This document shows, in pieces, positions 19,923-31,236 of a stretch of 64,000 nucleotides of DNA. Below the pieces are notes generated by a model, which was given only the letters and a program-made list of their open reading frames with translations, ran no database searches and had not been told where the DNA came from. Made by a program: the position numbers and the translations under genes. The DNA is from a virus. Location of the stretch: the IMG/VR virus record IMGVR_UViG_3300032229_000588, positions 13,457 to 77,456 of that record. One strand, given 5' to 3'. The first letter of the stretch is position 1, and every line of letters begins with the position of its first letter.

Positions 19923-21599
19923 TTAAGACTCTTTTCTTAAACTTCTTTCATAATGTTCAAATCTATCGTGTTCTGTTGGTGTCATCAGTAACAATCCAGG
20001 GTATAACTCACCTTTCTTAACCAACTGATACATATGACTCATCCAAGTCTGTTCAAATGGATGACCCCATGTTGTATCTAAAAACATTTTTTGATTTCCT
20101 GTTCTTGTAACTATCTGAGGCCAATTACAATAATAAACTTCACCTGTCACATATGGTATTCCTTGAAACGAATTAATTGAATCGTATACGGCTCTTGGAG
20201 CATTTGGGTCCAACCCTTGAACAGGTAATCTATTTTTGCCAGGCCAAAATTGCTCTCTAACATTTTGAGGTACATTATACCAAGACCATTGGGTTCCGTT
20301 GTCACCAAAAAATTCACTGTAATTAAGTTTTAAGAAATCAAAGTTTTCTTTTTTAACAATCTGTAATGTCTTTGAATATAAATTTGGGACGTATCTGTTA
20401 AAACCATTACGACATACCTCACCTTCGTGTGGGTAGAAAAACATATCATCTTCAAAGAACAAATAGAAGTCTAAATCAGTTTCATTTTGAAAATGTTCTG
20501 CAATCCATTGACGACCGCCACAAATACCTAAATTATCTTTTTTAATATGTTCAAATCCATATTCTTCACATAACTCAGCATAATCGTCAAATGTTGATTT
20601 ATCACTGGAGTTATCTAATAAAAACTTTTTAGTTTTTAATAAATAATCTTTATCATACGCCTCCATTGACTCAATTAGAGTTAAGAATTGTTTTGGACTA
20701 TTAAAAGTAATAACATATAAACCAACTTTATTCACATCTAAAGAATTTGTAGTCCCTCTAATATTTTCTGATTTAGCAACTAAGTTATTGTTTTTTAAAT
20801 CTTCGAAAAACTTACCAACTAATCCGTTTGGTTCAATTTCAAAATAGTTAATTAAATCAGAATGTTTGTAACACATGATACTAAAGATTGATTCTTCAGT
20901 TCCCATGTAACCCTCATCTAACGTTGTCTTTAGTAAATTATAATATATTCCATTAATATCCGCAATTGAATGTTTTGGACCACCAAAAAACCCACCACGA
21001 GCAACTTTATTTACCTTTGCTCCCGCAAGAGAATTTAATTTATTATATTCAAATCCATGAATTTCTCTTTCCGCGTCGTATGGGAAACAAATAAATGAAA
21101 ACTTTGAAATGTATTTTGATAAATTATTAAAAACTTTATCATGGGTAAAATAACCTTGGTGAACGGTATTTGTTAATCCTCCATCAATCCAAAACATATA
21201 TTCAGAATCAAATCTGTCCATAATTTTTGCATCATGTAATAAGAATACTTTGGACATTACTAATGGATTATAATTTTCTAATCTACCTTGAGTCGATTCT
21301 TTTAACCATCCTGCCAAGTTTTGCCAGTTTTCATCAGTTCTGATAGACTGAATCTTATCAAAAAATTCAGAATCAGTGAACCAAGATAATGGTCTTAAAA
21401 CAAATTGGGTGTTGTCCGAACTACGTCTTTCAAATACAAACTTTTGAAGTTCTTCATCACCAAAAATTATCATATTCTCCTCACACTTTAAAAGTTGTTC
21501 GAACTTATCTAAATAATGTTGGAATGGTCTTGACCATCCTTCTGATAATTCACCTCTACCGATGTCCCAAATTCCTGTTACTAATGTTATATTACTCAT
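19923..21599 (-). CDS. Two-domain glycosyltransferase (HtrL/YibB/WlaTC-like N-terminus + GT-A C-terminus)
   Basis: TLVTGIWDIGR, YNPLVMSK, FWIDGG, GGFFGG, GTEE; second domain has DNS and FFEDD. Confidence 0.7.
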   Translation of the reverse strand: MSNITLVTGIWDIGRGELSEGWSRPFQHYLDKFEQLLKCEENMIIFGDEELQKFVFERRSSDNTQFVLRPLSWFTDSEFFDKIQSIRTDENWQNLAGWLKESTQGRLENYNPLVMSKVFLLHDAKIMDRFDSEYMFWIDGGLTNTVHQGYFTHDKVFNNLSKYISKFSFICFPYDAEREIHGFEYNKLNSLAGAKVNKVARGGFFGGPKHSIADINGIYYNLLKTTLDEGYMGTEESIFSIMCYKHSDLINYFEIEPNGLVGKFFEDLKNNNLVAKSENIRGTTNSLDVNKVGLYVITFNSPKQFLTLIESMEAYDKDYLLKTKKFLLDNSSDKSTFDDYAELCEEYGFEHIKKDNLGICGGRQWIAEHFQNETDLDFYLFFEDDMFFYPHEGEVCRNGFNRYVPNLYSKTLQIVKKENFDFLKLNYSEFFGDNGTQWSWYNVPQNVREQFWPGKNRLPVQGLDPNAPRAVYDSINSFQGIPYVTGEVYYCNWPQIVTRTGNQKMFLDTTWGHPFEQTWMSHMYQLVKKGELYPGLLLMTPTEHDRFEHYERSLRKES

Positions 21600-22473
21600 A
21601 GATTCTGTTAAATTCTTCTAATATTCTAAAAAAGCTTTTATTTACTGTGAACATTTCATCCGTCACTCCTGCGGGTGCATTATCTCTACACCACCAAATG
21701 TCAAAATGTTTACGTTCAAACAATTCACGATGATTTACATACATGAGACTCATAACTTGTTCTTCATGTGGAAGACCCTCATCCTCAGTTAAAATGTCAC
21801 TAACATATTTCTCAAACAAAGTTACAACCTCATCCCATTTATCTCTATGACCACCAAACATACCACCAATGATGTGAATACTTCTATCAAACTCTTTATA
21901 CCATTTTGGGTCAACAGTTCCCGACCAATAGTTTCGGTCGTTCTCTTTACCAAGAAGTAAAAACTTATCGTTAGTGTCGGTTATCACGTTTTTAAGAAAT
22001 TCATTATTGAATAGAGTACTTTCATAATATCTCGCTTGAGGATGTTCTCCAACAAGATATTTGTTTGGTATTAAACCACAATGTGAAAGACCAGCATCAA
22101 TCCAATAATAGTAGTCGTAAGATTTATCTTCGTTCCACCACCAATGGAATTTAGAGTATTGAATCTCAATACATCTATCTCCTTGTTTAATTTGGTCTAC
22201 ATTTTTTCTTAATTTGATTAAATCCCTGAATTTTGTTTCAGAAATGTCAAATATTTGAAATTTTAATTTTTCAGGTGAGATTGAGTGTTCGTCGTAAAAG
22301 AAAGACTTTAACGATTCGATTTCACGGTCTGATGTATAACATAGGAAATCTGCGTCGGTCATCTTTAACAATGAAAGAAGACTATATCTGTAATGACCAT
22401 TTCTACCTACCCTACCACCGAATTCTGTTCCGTGTAAATCACTGTATATTGATGTGATAAATTTAACTGACAT
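21592..22473 (-). CDS. HtrL/YibB-like glycosyltransferase
   Basis: YYWIDAG, IGGMFGG, EEQVMS. Confidence 0.65.
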   Translation of the reverse strand: MSVKFITSIYSDLHGTEFGGRVGRNGHYRYSLLSLLKMTDADFLCYTSDREIESLKSFFYDEHSISPEKLKFQIFDISETKFRDLIKLRKNVDQIKQGDRCIEIQYSKFHWWWNEDKSYDYYYWIDAGLSHCGLIPNKYLVGEHPQARYYESTLFNNEFLKNVITDTNDKFLLLGKENDRNYWSGTVDPKWYKEFDRSIHIIGGMFGGHRDKWDEVVTLFEKYVSDILTEDEGLPHEEQVMSLMYVNHRELFERKHFDIWWCRDNAPAGVTDEMFTVNKSFFRILEEFNRIYE

Positions 22474-23197
22474 ATGTAAATTCTTTGTGTTGTTTATTTT
22501 TTTTCATTTCATCGGTTAGTGTTCCATGTAAATACTCTGAAGGTATCTTACAAGGACTGTATAAATTCCAATTATATGTTTGAGTATAAAAATTATTGTA
22601 TTGTCCTTGAGACACATCAGACCAACTACTCATTTGAGGAGCAATTGGTAAAATTGGACAATAACTTTGTTTTAATGGGAGAATAAATTGATAGATGAAA
22701 TCATCAATTGCATAATAATTTAAATTTTCAGGAATCTCCATTTTAAGAACTTCGTCGTATATTGACTCATGATATAATATCATATTTGTTGCAAATATAC
22801 CCCTTTCGTGTTCTTTTTTTGGAGGTAAGTTTGTTATGTCTAAAAACAATGGTTGTTCTTCACTACGATTAACAGGTCGATTTAATGTTGGTGCAAAATT
22901 AATTATACCGAAATCAAACTCACCAGTTTCAGTTTCAATCTTATTAATTAAATCTTTTGAATATGGTAAGAAGGTACAATCATCTTCTATTACCAAAACT
23001 GATTTATATCCACGTTCTTTAGCGATTTTAATAATTTCAGTATGAGACAAAGTACATCCACCATGATGATTTAAATCAACCGCTTTAAACAATTCATAGT
23101 CCCAACCCATATAGTCCAATTCTTTTTGGATATGTTCTAATCGGTCAGGTCGTCTTTCTAAATTAACGACAAACTTAGGTATACTTGTGATATTCAT
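22463..23197 (-). CDS. GT25-like glycosyltransferase
   Basis: VVNLERRPDR, GCTLSH, VLVIEDD, AIDD. Confidence 0.75.
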   Translation of the reverse strand: MNITSIPKFVVNLERRPDRLEHIQKELDYMGWDYELFKAVDLNHHGGCTLSHTEIIKIAKERGYKSVLVIEDDCTFLPYSKDLINKIETETGEFDFGIINFAPTLNRPVNRSEEQPLFLDITNLPPKKEHERGIFATNMILYHESIYDEVLKMEIPENLNYYAIDDFIYQFILPLKQSYCPILPIAPQMSSWSDVSQGQYNNFYTQTYNWNLYSPCKIPSEYLHGTLTDEMKKNKQHKEFTYVS

Positions 23198-24462
23198 TAA
23201 CTAACGTGGTTGTGGGTTAATCTACCTGTGATTCTATCACACCATCCTTTTGATTCTGAGTGAGGCCATACAACCCAATAAGATGGCATCTCATCTGTTT
23301 GGAATTCTCTCCATACTTTACAATATCCATCAGGGTCTCTCATGAAACCTGCAATTTCATTTTTGTCCGCATCTTTTCTAAATAAAGTTTCATCTTTATC
23401 GTTATGGAATGCAACAACCCAAAAATCATAATCTGTTTCAGGAACTTGAGAATAACCAATATCAATGCAATGTTTGAACATCATACAGAAACTATCTTTC
23501 CATTCTTGTTCGGTTTCAAAATTATATGGGTTTGGTGGATAGTTTTTATCTAATGTGTGTTTGTCGATTGCTCTTTTTGAAAAAAGGATGCCTGTATATT
23601 TTTCATAATCAGTTAAGGTTCTAACAGGACCAAAACCATAAGGACCATCATGACCCTCTTGAGTTTCACCATCCATACCAAACAACTTTCTATTTGTTAA
23701 ATGTGAGTGAGTATTTCGTTGACCCCAAGTTTTGTCATCATCCCACTGTTTTGTTCTACCTTTACGAGTGTACTCATGGTAAACAACAGGGATGTGTGGG
23801 TGGAATAAATCGTAACCCCAAGTGTAAGCTCTTGCAGCAATTGAAATCTCTTCTCCGTGGAAATAATATTCAGGGTTGTGTTGAACTTCAGTTGAGAATT
23901 GTCCTAATGTAAAACAGAAGTGAGCCGAGTAGAATCTTGCAGTTACAGGTTTTGTCATTTCTCTCCAACCTGGAATTGTTTCAGGTAAGAAGAACACCGC
24001 ACCTTCAGGAATAAAACGGTCAAACACCATTCTCCAAGCGTCTTGAGCTCTCCCTGCAGGGTCATTTTCGGGGTCAAAAGAAGGAACGTAGCCCGTAAGT
24101 AGAGGCTTCTTATACCCGTCCTTCTGTAACCCCTTTATCATTTTGATAAGGATATCATCCCAATCCTTAACAAATCTCATGTGAGAATCAATTTGTAGTG
24201 TGTATGTTTCACCCTTGTAAAGTTGTTGAACTTGATGTCTTGCCCAACATACACCTTTGGCATCTTGATAAGGAATATCTAAGATTCTAAATCTTTTGTC
24301 TTTTCTGTATTCATCTAAGTTATCAAACCCATCTTCGTCGCTATATTGTCTTGCAATACCGATAACAAGGTTATTTGGTTTCTTGGCATTTGCCAACATG
24401 TCTTTAATTGTTGGGACCAACTGTGGGTCTCTGTACGATGCGATTTGAACGAATATTTTCAT
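23197..24462 (-). CDS. GT60-type polypeptide N-acetylglucosaminyltransferase (Gnt1/OGNT-like; GT27 ppGalNAc-T relative)
   Basis: IFVQIASYRD, G.CWAR, LQIDSHMRF (DxH), FHGEE, VYHEY. ATG 24462 is the likely start. Confidence 0.8.
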   Translation of the reverse strand: MKIFVQIASYRDPQLVPTIKDMLANAKKPNNLVIGIARQYSDEDGFDNLDEYRKDKRFRILDIPYQDAKGVCWARHQVQQLYKGETYTLQIDSHMRFVKDWDDILIKMIKGLQKDGYKKPLLTGYVPSFDPENDPAGRAQDAWRMVFDRFIPEGAVFFLPETIPGWREMTKPVTARFYSAHFCFTLGQFSTEVQHNPEYYFHGEEISIAARAYTWGYDLFHPHIPVVYHEYTRKGRTKQWDDDKTWGQRNTHSHLTNRKLFGMDGETQEGHDGPYGFGPVRTLTDYEKYTGILFSKRAIDKHTLDKNYPPNPYNFETEQEWKDSFCMMFKHCIDIGYSQVPETDYDFWVVAFHNDKDETLFRKDADKNEIAGFMRDPDGYCKVWREFQTDEMPSYWVVWPHSESKGWCDRITGRLTHNHVS

Positions 24463-24488
24463 GTAATAATATTTTATACATAAAAATA

Positions 24489-24518
24489 AAAAACCCTCCA
24501 CGAAGGTGAAGGGTTTTT
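24489..24518. terminator. Terminator-like hairpin between the mucin-like genes and the GT operon
   Basis: aaaaaccctccac-gaag-gtgaagggttttt. Confidence 0.55.
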
Positions 24519-24539
24519 GAGTATATTAATTTTGTTTTT

Positions 24540-25655
24540 TTAGATACATGCGTTAGGGTCAACTCCAGTAACTTCACCCAATCCTCCTGATACTATGAAC
24601 GCTGCAGTTCCATTAGAGTAGTATCCGTCAATAACAGGTACTGTTAATGCTGTATCGAAGTATAAGTACTCACCCGCGTTTGGACCAGGTCCTCCTGCTA
24701 CTGTACCATAGATTGTATTAGGTGCTGAAATAAAGTCAGTACATGCATCATTTGCCGTTGCTCCTGTTCCTAAACTATAAGTGTAATAACCAAATGTTGC
24801 CGTTGGTGTTGATGTAACTGTTGGTGTTTGTGTTGTAGTTGTTGTTACTGTTGGAGTTATTGTCGGTGTTAATGTGTTTGTCGGTGTTGGTGTTAAGGTT
24901 GTACATAATGAACCAAACCCTGTAGGAACACCAAAGTCATCCAATTCAGTAACATAATTACCATTTTTATAGAAACCACTCAAATCAACAGTTGAATTAC
25001 CTGTTGGTACATTCCAGAATTCAGTAGATAAATCAAATTGTGGGTTATTACCGTAAATTGTTACTGTTGAGTTATATTGACCACAAGCCTCATCTTGAGT
25101 TGTACCAGTATAAACTGTGAAAGCAACTCTAGCAATTGTTGGAGTTGGTGTCGGTGTTGCCGCTGCAGTTCCTGTTTGTGTATTTGTTGGAGTTATACTT
25201 GGTGTTGGAGTTACAGGTGAAGTTCCTGTAGGTGTAGGTGTTGGAGTTACTGCCGCAGTTCCTGTGTTAGTTGGTGTTGGGGTTACTGCCGCAGTCCCTG
25301 TTTGAGTTTGAGTTATTGTTGGTGTTGGTGTTGGAGTATGAGATGCGGTAACACTTGGTGTCGGTGTATTAGTTGCAGTAACACTTGGTGTTGGTGTATT
25401 AGTTGGTGTAACTGATGGGGTCATTGTAGGTGTTGGACTTGGGTAAACAGGTGGGAATACACCTTCATTTACCAATACAATACTACTTTGATATAGTTGT
25501 GCAATTGAATACGTGTTATTGATTAACCAAATATTTTTGGTTTGGTTAGGGTACAATTCTACCTGGTATTCCCACATAGAATCATCACATCTTCTATAAT
25601 TGAAGTTGATTATAGTAGAACCTGTGTTCGTCAAAGTATATTTACTACATGCCAT
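24540..25655 (-). CDS. Thr/Pro-rich mucin-like modular protein, probably virion surface
   Basis: Cys-containing N-terminal module (MACSKYTL...RRCDD), a ~100-aa TPTPT tract, and two 'G.T..AC...TIYG...GYY' modules separated by a second TP tract. Confidence 0.7.
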   Translation of the reverse strand: MACSKYTLTNTGSTIINFNYRRCDDSMWEYQVELYPNQTKNIWLINNTYSIAQLYQSSIVLVNEGVFPPVYPSPTPTMTPSVTPTNTPTPSVTATNTPTPSVTASHTPTPTPTITQTQTGTAAVTPTPTNTGTAAVTPTPTPTGTSPVTPTPSITPTNTQTGTAAATPTPTPTIARVAFTVYTGTTQDEACGQYNSTVTIYGNNPQFDLSTEFWNVPTGNSTVDLSGFYKNGNYVTELDDFGVPTGFGSLCTTLTPTPTNTLTPTITPTVTTTTTQTPTVTSTPTATFGYYTYSLGTGATANDACTDFISAPNTIYGTVAGGPGPNAGEYLYFDTALTVPVIDGYYSNGTAAFIVSGGLGEVTGVDPNACI

Positions 25656-25725
25656 CGTTTTGTTTTCTTTTAATATAAATACTTTATACAGGTTAAAGTT
25701 TACAACTAATTATTTTATTTTTTAA

Positions 25726-27687
25726 TTACGGTGTATAACTTGTCCTGATGTCAAGTTTATTTGTTGGTTGAGGTGGAACTAATGAAGAAATATAAAGACC
25801 TGTAAATGTATAAGTTCCACTTGCAGTAATTGTTTGAGTATACTGAACTCCATTAGAATCTGTCACAGTAAGGTCAATAGTACCCGATGGAACTGACTGT
25901 AAATCAATACCAACCTGAGCAGTATAGTTATTACTCCAATTTGATGTAGTAAATCCTGAATTAAATTGTGAAAATAATAATGGGAATCCATCACCACTTG
26001 CGGGTTGTCCAAGAGGTGAGGAACCTGTAACACCTGAAATGGTTACTCCTGTGATTGTACTTGCACTTGAACTATCGTAGTTTTCAACGTAAACAAATGT
26101 TGTTGGTTCAGGTAATAAACCTAACGATAATAAAATGGAATTACCATATAATTCATTCATTGTTGACGATGTAAATGTTGATATGTTGGCAACATATGCG
26201 TTTATACTCACCAATGTTGCCCCACTAACTTTCTTATAAGCCATCGCACTATAACTTGGTGAAACCCAAGTTGCTAATGATTTAGCTCCTGTTGATGTAG
26301 AAATTGGTGTTGCTGGTGTTGTGGTACTACTACCATTTATTGAAATCGAAGTTCCAAATCCGCTATTAGTTAAACCTGAAGTGATTGGATTACTTAACAC
26401 TTGATTAACCCATATAGTATTACCTGCAAATACAGTACCAACAGTATTTCTTACATTATATGCCGTTAGTTCTGAATGATTAAATCCTGAAGGATATGAT
26501 GACCATAATCTAGCCCCCGATACAAAGCTACCTCCACTACTCACATAATTATATAATGCGGTACTCAAAGTTGATGAGTATGGACTTCCACTCAATGAAT
26601 CTATGGTGTACATAACAACTGCATCATAATTCGAAGGTGTTATTCCATCACTACCTGTATAAGATGCGTCTAAAGTAACTGCCGAGAATGTTGATGAATA
26701 CCCCGTACTACTTAAGTAATTTTGTATTGATATTACTTCATCCGCAGCATTTGGACCTCCAATATATAATACATTAAATGCTGAAGTTGCAGTTGGAGTT
26801 GGTGTTGGGGTTGTTGTTGTAGTATTAGTTGGTGTGACCGCAGGTGTTCCCGTATTAGTTGGTGTTGGTGTGACATCAGGTGTTCCCGTATTGGTTGGTG
26901 TTGGTGTGACATCAGGTGTTCCTGTATTGGTTGGTGTTGGTGTTACAGACGCAGTCCCTGTGTTAGTTGGAGTTGGTGTGACATCAGGTGTTCCCGTATT
27001 GGTTGGTGTTGGTGTTACAGACGCAGTCCCTGTGTTAGTTGGAGTTATTGTAGGGGTTGGTGTTTGAGTTTCAGTTGCCGTTGGAGATGCACCAATTGTA
27101 CCTGTTGGAGTTGGGGTCGAAGTTTCAGTACTTGTTGGAGTTGGGGTCGAAGTTTCAGTACTTGTTGGAGTTGGTGTTGCACCTGCAGTTCCTGTATTAG
27201 TTGGTGTTGGTGTAACATTAGGCGTTCCTGTAACTGTTGCCGTTGGTGTCGGAGTTGATGTTTCAGTTGCGGTTGGGGTTGCCCCTATAGTTGCGGTTGG
27301 TGTTGAGGTTGCGTTTGGTGTACCCGAATTTGTTGGTGTATTTGTTGGTGTACTTGTATTCGTAGGAGTAACTGCTGGTGTTCCTGTATTAGTAGGTGTG
27401 ACTGAAGTAGTCGTAGTTTGTGTTGGGGTATTACTTGGGGTTACACTTGGCGTAGGTGTAGGTGTTGGTGTTACATAAACTGGTGGAAATACACCATTAT
27501 CCTCCAAAATTAAATTTGTATTATACAATGGAGCGATTGAAAAAGTATCATCCATTAACCAAATATTTTTGGTTTGATTAGGGTATAACTCTACTTGGTA
27601 TTCCCACATAGAGTCATCACATCTCCTGTAATTAAAGTTTATTACGGTAGTTCCAGTATTTGTTAAAGTATATTTACTACAAGCCAT
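25726..27687 (-). CDS. Thr/Pro-rich mucin-like protein with globular C-terminal domains
   Basis: N-terminal module nearly identical to that of 24540..25655; ~230-aa T/P tract; S/T-rich globular C-terminus. Confidence 0.7.
   Translation of the reverse strand: MACSKYTLTNTGTTVINFNYRRCDDSMWEYQVELYPNQTKNIWLMDDTFSIAPLYNTNLILEDNGVFPPVYVTPTPTPTPSVTPSNTPTQTTTTSVTPTNTGTPAVTPTNTSTPTNTPTNSGTPNATSTPTATIGATPTATETSTPTPTATVTGTPNVTPTPTNTGTAGATPTPTSTETSTPTPTSTETSTPTPTGTIGASPTATETQTPTPTITPTNTGTASVTPTPTNTGTPDVTPTPTNTGTASVTPTPTNTGTPDVTPTPTNTGTPDVTPTPTNTGTPAVTPTNTTTTTPTPTPTATSAFNVLYIGGPNAADEVISIQNYLSSTGYSSTFSAVTLDASYTGSDGITPSNYDAVVMYTIDSLSGSPYSSTLSTALYNYVSSGGSFVSGARLWSSYPSGFNHSELTAYNVRNTVGTVFAGNTIWVNQVLSNPITSGLTNSGFGTSISINGSSTTTPATPISTSTGAKSLATWVSPSYSAMAYKKVSGATLVSINAYVANISTFTSSTMNELYGNSILLSLGLLPEPTTFVYVENYDSSSASTITGVTISGVTGSSPLGQPASGDGFPLLFSQFNSGFTTSNWSNNYTAQVGIDLQSVPSGTIDLTVTDSNGVQYTQTITASGTYTFTGLYISSLVPPQPTNKLDIRTSYTP
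26840..27046. repeat. Intragenic 36-bp tandem repeat ([12 protein letters not shown]) with 72-bp higher-order units
   Basis: Units such as gtgacatcaggtgttcccgtattggttggtgttggt repeat about 5-6 times. Confidence 0.8.
27103..27174. repeat. Intragenic perfect 30-bp tandem repeat ([10 protein letters not shown])
   Basis: tgttggagttggggtcgaagtttcagtact x2 plus a partial third copy. Confidence 0.8.
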
Positions 27688-27711
27688 CTTAATTTTTTAT
27701 TGTTAAATATT

Positions 27712-29808
27712 TTATATTATAATTGATTCTACCGCAATAGTCCCTCCACTTAAGAAAGTCACTTTTTGACTACTATCCGCAGCATCTAACACAACATTTA
27801 CAGGAATATTTGTGTAAAGTATTGGATTTCCACCTGTACCACCTGAAAAAGTTAAGTTTTGATTAAAGTTGGTAAATGTAAAATTATTATTTCTACATTG
27901 ACCTGAAGTATCTAAATCGGCAAATGTTGTACCATTCATCCCATAAGAAATTTTATTATTTATAAAAAAATCTTGAATTACGTTAAACGTAAATAAGTCA
28001 CCAATCGTATTGTCGTAGAAATATTCTCCAATGTCGTTACCTTGGAATCCATTTCCAATTACATTACCTCTATAGTTTCCGCCTCCGTAACCAAAGTCAC
28101 TTGCAATTGTATTACTTGTAAAGTAGTCACCAATTTGGTTATATGAAAAATTGGTTGAGATTGTATTACTATAAAACTCGTGTCCGACTTTGTTAAATTG
28201 TGTGTTACCTGTAAAAGTATTATTACGGCAACCACTTTGAAATGAATTATGGTCGAAGCTAAAATTTTGAATATTTGCAGCATCACCTATATTATTACTA
28301 TAGAAATCAGACCCTAAATTATTTTGTGTAACGTTGTGGTAAAAAATATTATTGTAAAGATTTGGTCCACCAGTATTGGTCTGAAAAGACCCGTAGAAAG
28401 TGTTTGTATAAACAGAATCACCAAGTACATTATTGTCGAAGTTTTGTTTAATGATGTTACCGTTAAATACATTACCAATTTGATTGTCATCGAAAGTACC
28501 CGTAATAGTATTATCAGTGAAATTGGTGCCAATTACGTTTCTCGCAAAACCATAATGAATTAAATTCTGATTAAAATTATTACCAATTTTATTATTAACA
28601 AAATCATTATCACTAAAAGTAAAAAAGTTATTTTGGAATCCCCAACCTACTTGATTGAAATCAAAATCTTGTCCATCGTTGTCTCCTAACATATTATAGT
28701 CAAAATTACCAACAATGGTATTCCCTTGCATATCACATTCTATAAAGTTGTATGTAAAGTCAGAACCAACTATATTATTATCAAAATTATTTGTTATAAT
28801 GTTGAATTGGAAAAATGGACCGCAGGTAGAACTAGTCATAAAATTGTCAAACGTGTTACCAACAACATTACCTCCAAATGTCATATCTTCATAGTTACCA
28901 TTCAAAAACACGTTATTAGACAAAATGAAATCATTATAATTTTGATTATCTCCCAAATATGTGTTGAAGTTTTGATTATTGTTGAATGTGTAATATTCTG
29001 AGGAACCTGTATATGACGGTGTAGGTACGTTACATTGGAATGGTGACCTAAGTCCTCCTGAAAGACCTCGTGAATAAAATCTGTTACTTGTAGAATAGAA
29101 GGTTGTACCTGTTACTGTCATATTTGTCGCGTCGGCAATGGTTAAGATTTCATAATACGCGAAGCCACCAATAAGATTAGTGCCTGGAGTAAATATACCT
29201 AAAATATTACCAACTGAAAAAGTGTTATCAAAATCAGTACCGACTCCAACAACATTACCTGAACCATCTATTGATACCGTACCAGTATAATAATCTTCAG
29301 ATAAAAATGCTTGATATCTGATAAACTGAACTGCTCTGAAATCGTACTCCGCTCTGTTATTATTTTGGTCAATTCTTTCAGTAATTCTTCCTTTTGCAGG
29401 TGAACCTGTTACTTCAGTTGTACTCCACGTAAAATCATATGATATTTTATCTTTAGGATAAAGTGTGGAATATACAGTTGGGGAGAATTCATTTGCTGAT
29501 ATTGCCAACAATAAAATTGGTTCTGTAGTTCCTGTTTTATAATTTCCTGTTGTTATTGCAACACCCTCATTAGTATAATTTGGTTGGTCATAACAAGTTT
29601 GGAAATCTGTCATTAAATAATATTGACCAACAACTAAATTACTAGTATTAGATGCTATAGTTAATCCTGAATACGTAGCTTGACTATAGTTAATACCTGA
29701 AAAGGCAATGTGATAAGTCGTACCCGCCTCTTCAACTGGGATTAAAAGGTTATTTGTTGTATAATCTAATGCCGTTAATTCACCGATTGTTTTTCCTGTT
29801 AGTGCCAT
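27712..29808 (-). CDS. Asn/Phe-rich beta-solenoid fibre/spike-like protein
   Basis: Many ~10-aa N.IG..F..N.I repeats in the C-terminal half; N-terminal YLMTDFQT...EP....A..N domain. Confidence 0.6.
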   Translation of the reverse strand: MALTGKTIGELTALDYTTNNLLIPVEEAGTTYHIAFSGINYSQATYSGLTIASNTSNLVVGQYYLMTDFQTCYDQPNYTNEGVAITTGNYKTGTTEPILLLAISANEFSPTVYSTLYPKDKISYDFTWSTTEVTGSPAKGRITERIDQNNNRAEYDFRAVQFIRYQAFLSEDYYTGTVSIDGSGNVVGVGTDFDNTFSVGNILGIFTPGTNLIGGFAYYEILTIADATNMTVTGTTFYSTSNRFYSRGLSGGLRSPFQCNVPTPSYTGSSEYYTFNNNQNFNTYLGDNQNYNDFILSNNVFLNGNYEDMTFGGNVVGNTFDNFMTSSTCGPFFQFNIITNNFDNNIVGSDFTYNFIECDMQGNTIVGNFDYNMLGDNDGQDFDFNQVGWGFQNNFFTFSDNDFVNNKIGNNFNQNLIHYGFARNVIGTNFTDNTITGTFDDNQIGNVFNGNIIKQNFDNNVLGDSVYTNTFYGSFQTNTGGPNLYNNIFYHNVTQNNLGSDFYSNNIGDAANIQNFSFDHNSFQSGCRNNTFTGNTQFNKVGHEFYSNTISTNFSYNQIGDYFTSNTIASDFGYGGGNYRGNVIGNGFQGNDIGEYFYDNTIGDLFTFNVIQDFFINNKISYGMNGTTFADLDTSGQCRNNNFTFTNFNQNLTFSGGTGGNPILYTNIPVNVVLDAADSSQKVTFLSGGTIAVESIII

Positions 29809-29832
29809 AGTTTTTTATTTTATAAATAGTTT

Positions 29833-31209
29833 TTAAAATTCAAGATATTCGTTAGTACCAACACTCAAATATTCATCATTACCAATTAAAATTGCATTTA
29901 TAATAATTGGGTCATTTGTTGGTGTTGGTGTTTGAGTTAATGTTGGTGTTGGTGTCTGTGTTGCACAAAGTGAACCAAATCCTACAGGATTACCTTGTGA
30001 ATCAAGTTGTACCACATAACTAACATTTTTATAATATCCCGTCATGTTAATAGTTGAATCTCCATTCAATACGTTCCAAAATTTTGTTGATAAATCAAAC
30101 TGAGTATTATTACCATAAATGGTAGTTGACGGGTTAATTTCATTACAAGCGTCGTTTTGTGTAACTCCTGAATAAACCGTAAATGCAATTCTACTATGAG
30201 TTGGTGTCGGAGTTGGTGTTAAACCTACAGTTACTGTTGGTGTAACAGTTTGAGTAATGGTTGGTGTTGGAGTATTTGATGTTGTAGTTGTTGGTGTTGG
30301 AGTGTTGGATGATGTATTAGTCGGTGTTGGAGTATTAGATGCCGTGTTACTTGGTGTGTTTGTTTGAGTTGGGGTATGACTTGGAGTTACACTTGGTGTT
30401 GGAGTATTACTTGCAGTATTGGTTGGAGTTACCGTTGGTGTTGGTAAAGGACAACCACCTAAATACGTAATTGTTCCGTCTCCATCGGCAATTATAATTT
30501 CCTCCGCACAGAATATTAATGTTTGGAATACGTCTAAGAAGAAATCAAATACAAATCCGTCACAATCTCTACCAACAAAAGAGGTTTGGTTTGTCACACC
30601 ACCAAATAATAAGTAAGTTTTACAAATTGAATTAGTGGGTGTTTGAGTATTAGTTGGTGTGTTAGTTGGAGTTGTTGTGTTAGTCGTAGTGACTGTCGGA
30701 GTTGTTGTTGGCGTTGACGTGTTAGTCGGAGTAACTGTTGGCGTTTCAGTATTGGTTGGAGTGACGGTCGGAGTTGATGTTTCAGACGCAGTAATACTTG
30801 GAGTAATTGACGGTGTTGGCGTGTTACTTGCAGTTGCGGTCGGAGTCAATCCTATGGTTACTGATGGAGTTGGTGTTTGAGTTACAGTTGGAGTTACAGT
30901 TGGTGTTTCAGTAGTTGTTGGTGTTGGAGTTAATGTTGAGGTTGGGGACGGACTTAATCCTGGTGTTAATGTTGGTGTTTGAGTATTTGTTGGTGTAGGA
31001 CTTGGTGTAGGACCTGGTACATTTACTGAATATGTGTATCCATAAGTTGGAACATAACAGTTGTAAATACCATAATAATAGTCGGAAATATAATTAAATG
31101 GAAATACTTGGGTACCTAAATCAATCGTACCTCCACTATCAGGAAGATACGTCACTTCTGTGGTCTGACCACTTAAATTATCACTTAAAATTCTTACCCC
31201 TATTGCCAT
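29833..31209 (-). CDS. Thr/Pro-rich mucin-like modular protein
   Basis: Three T/P tracts separating a C..Y...C.G...C module and a G.T..AC...TIYG...GYY module. Confidence 0.7.
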   Translation of the reverse strand: MAIGVRILSDNLSGQTTEVTYLPDSGGTIDLGTQVFPFNYISDYYYGIYNCYVPTYGYTYSVNVPGPTPSPTPTNTQTPTLTPGLSPSPTSTLTPTPTTTETPTVTPTVTQTPTPSVTIGLTPTATASNTPTPSITPSITASETSTPTVTPTNTETPTVTPTNTSTPTTTPTVTTTNTTTPTNTPTNTQTPTNSICKTYLLFGGVTNQTSFVGRDCDGFVFDFFLDVFQTLIFCAEEIIIADGDGTITYLGGCPLPTPTVTPTNTASNTPTPSVTPSHTPTQTNTPSNTASNTPTPTNTSSNTPTPTTTTSNTPTPTITQTVTPTVTVGLTPTPTPTHSRIAFTVYSGVTQNDACNEINPSTTIYGNNTQFDLSTKFWNVLNGDSTINMTGYYKNVSYVVQLDSQGNPVGFGSLCATQTPTPTLTQTPTPTNDPIIINAILIGNDEYLSVGTNEYLEF

Positions 31210-31236
31210 GTCTATAAATACGTATTTGTTTTCATT

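Noticed and set aside
26840-27174. 30-36-bp repeats as a possible CRISPR array
   Set aside because: The repeats are contiguous in-frame tandem units without unique spacers, and no cas genes are present.
25500-27687. Near-duplicate N-terminal segments as a DGR template/variable repeat pair
   Set aside because: Both copies are coding gene starts, differences look mostly synonymous rather than adenine-specific, and no reverse transcriptase is in the window.
25117-30880. Val/Gly-rich + strand ORFs (25117, 26834, 27064, 30419, 30659)
   Set aside because: These are antisense shadows of Thr/Pro codon repeats, with no independent coding signals.
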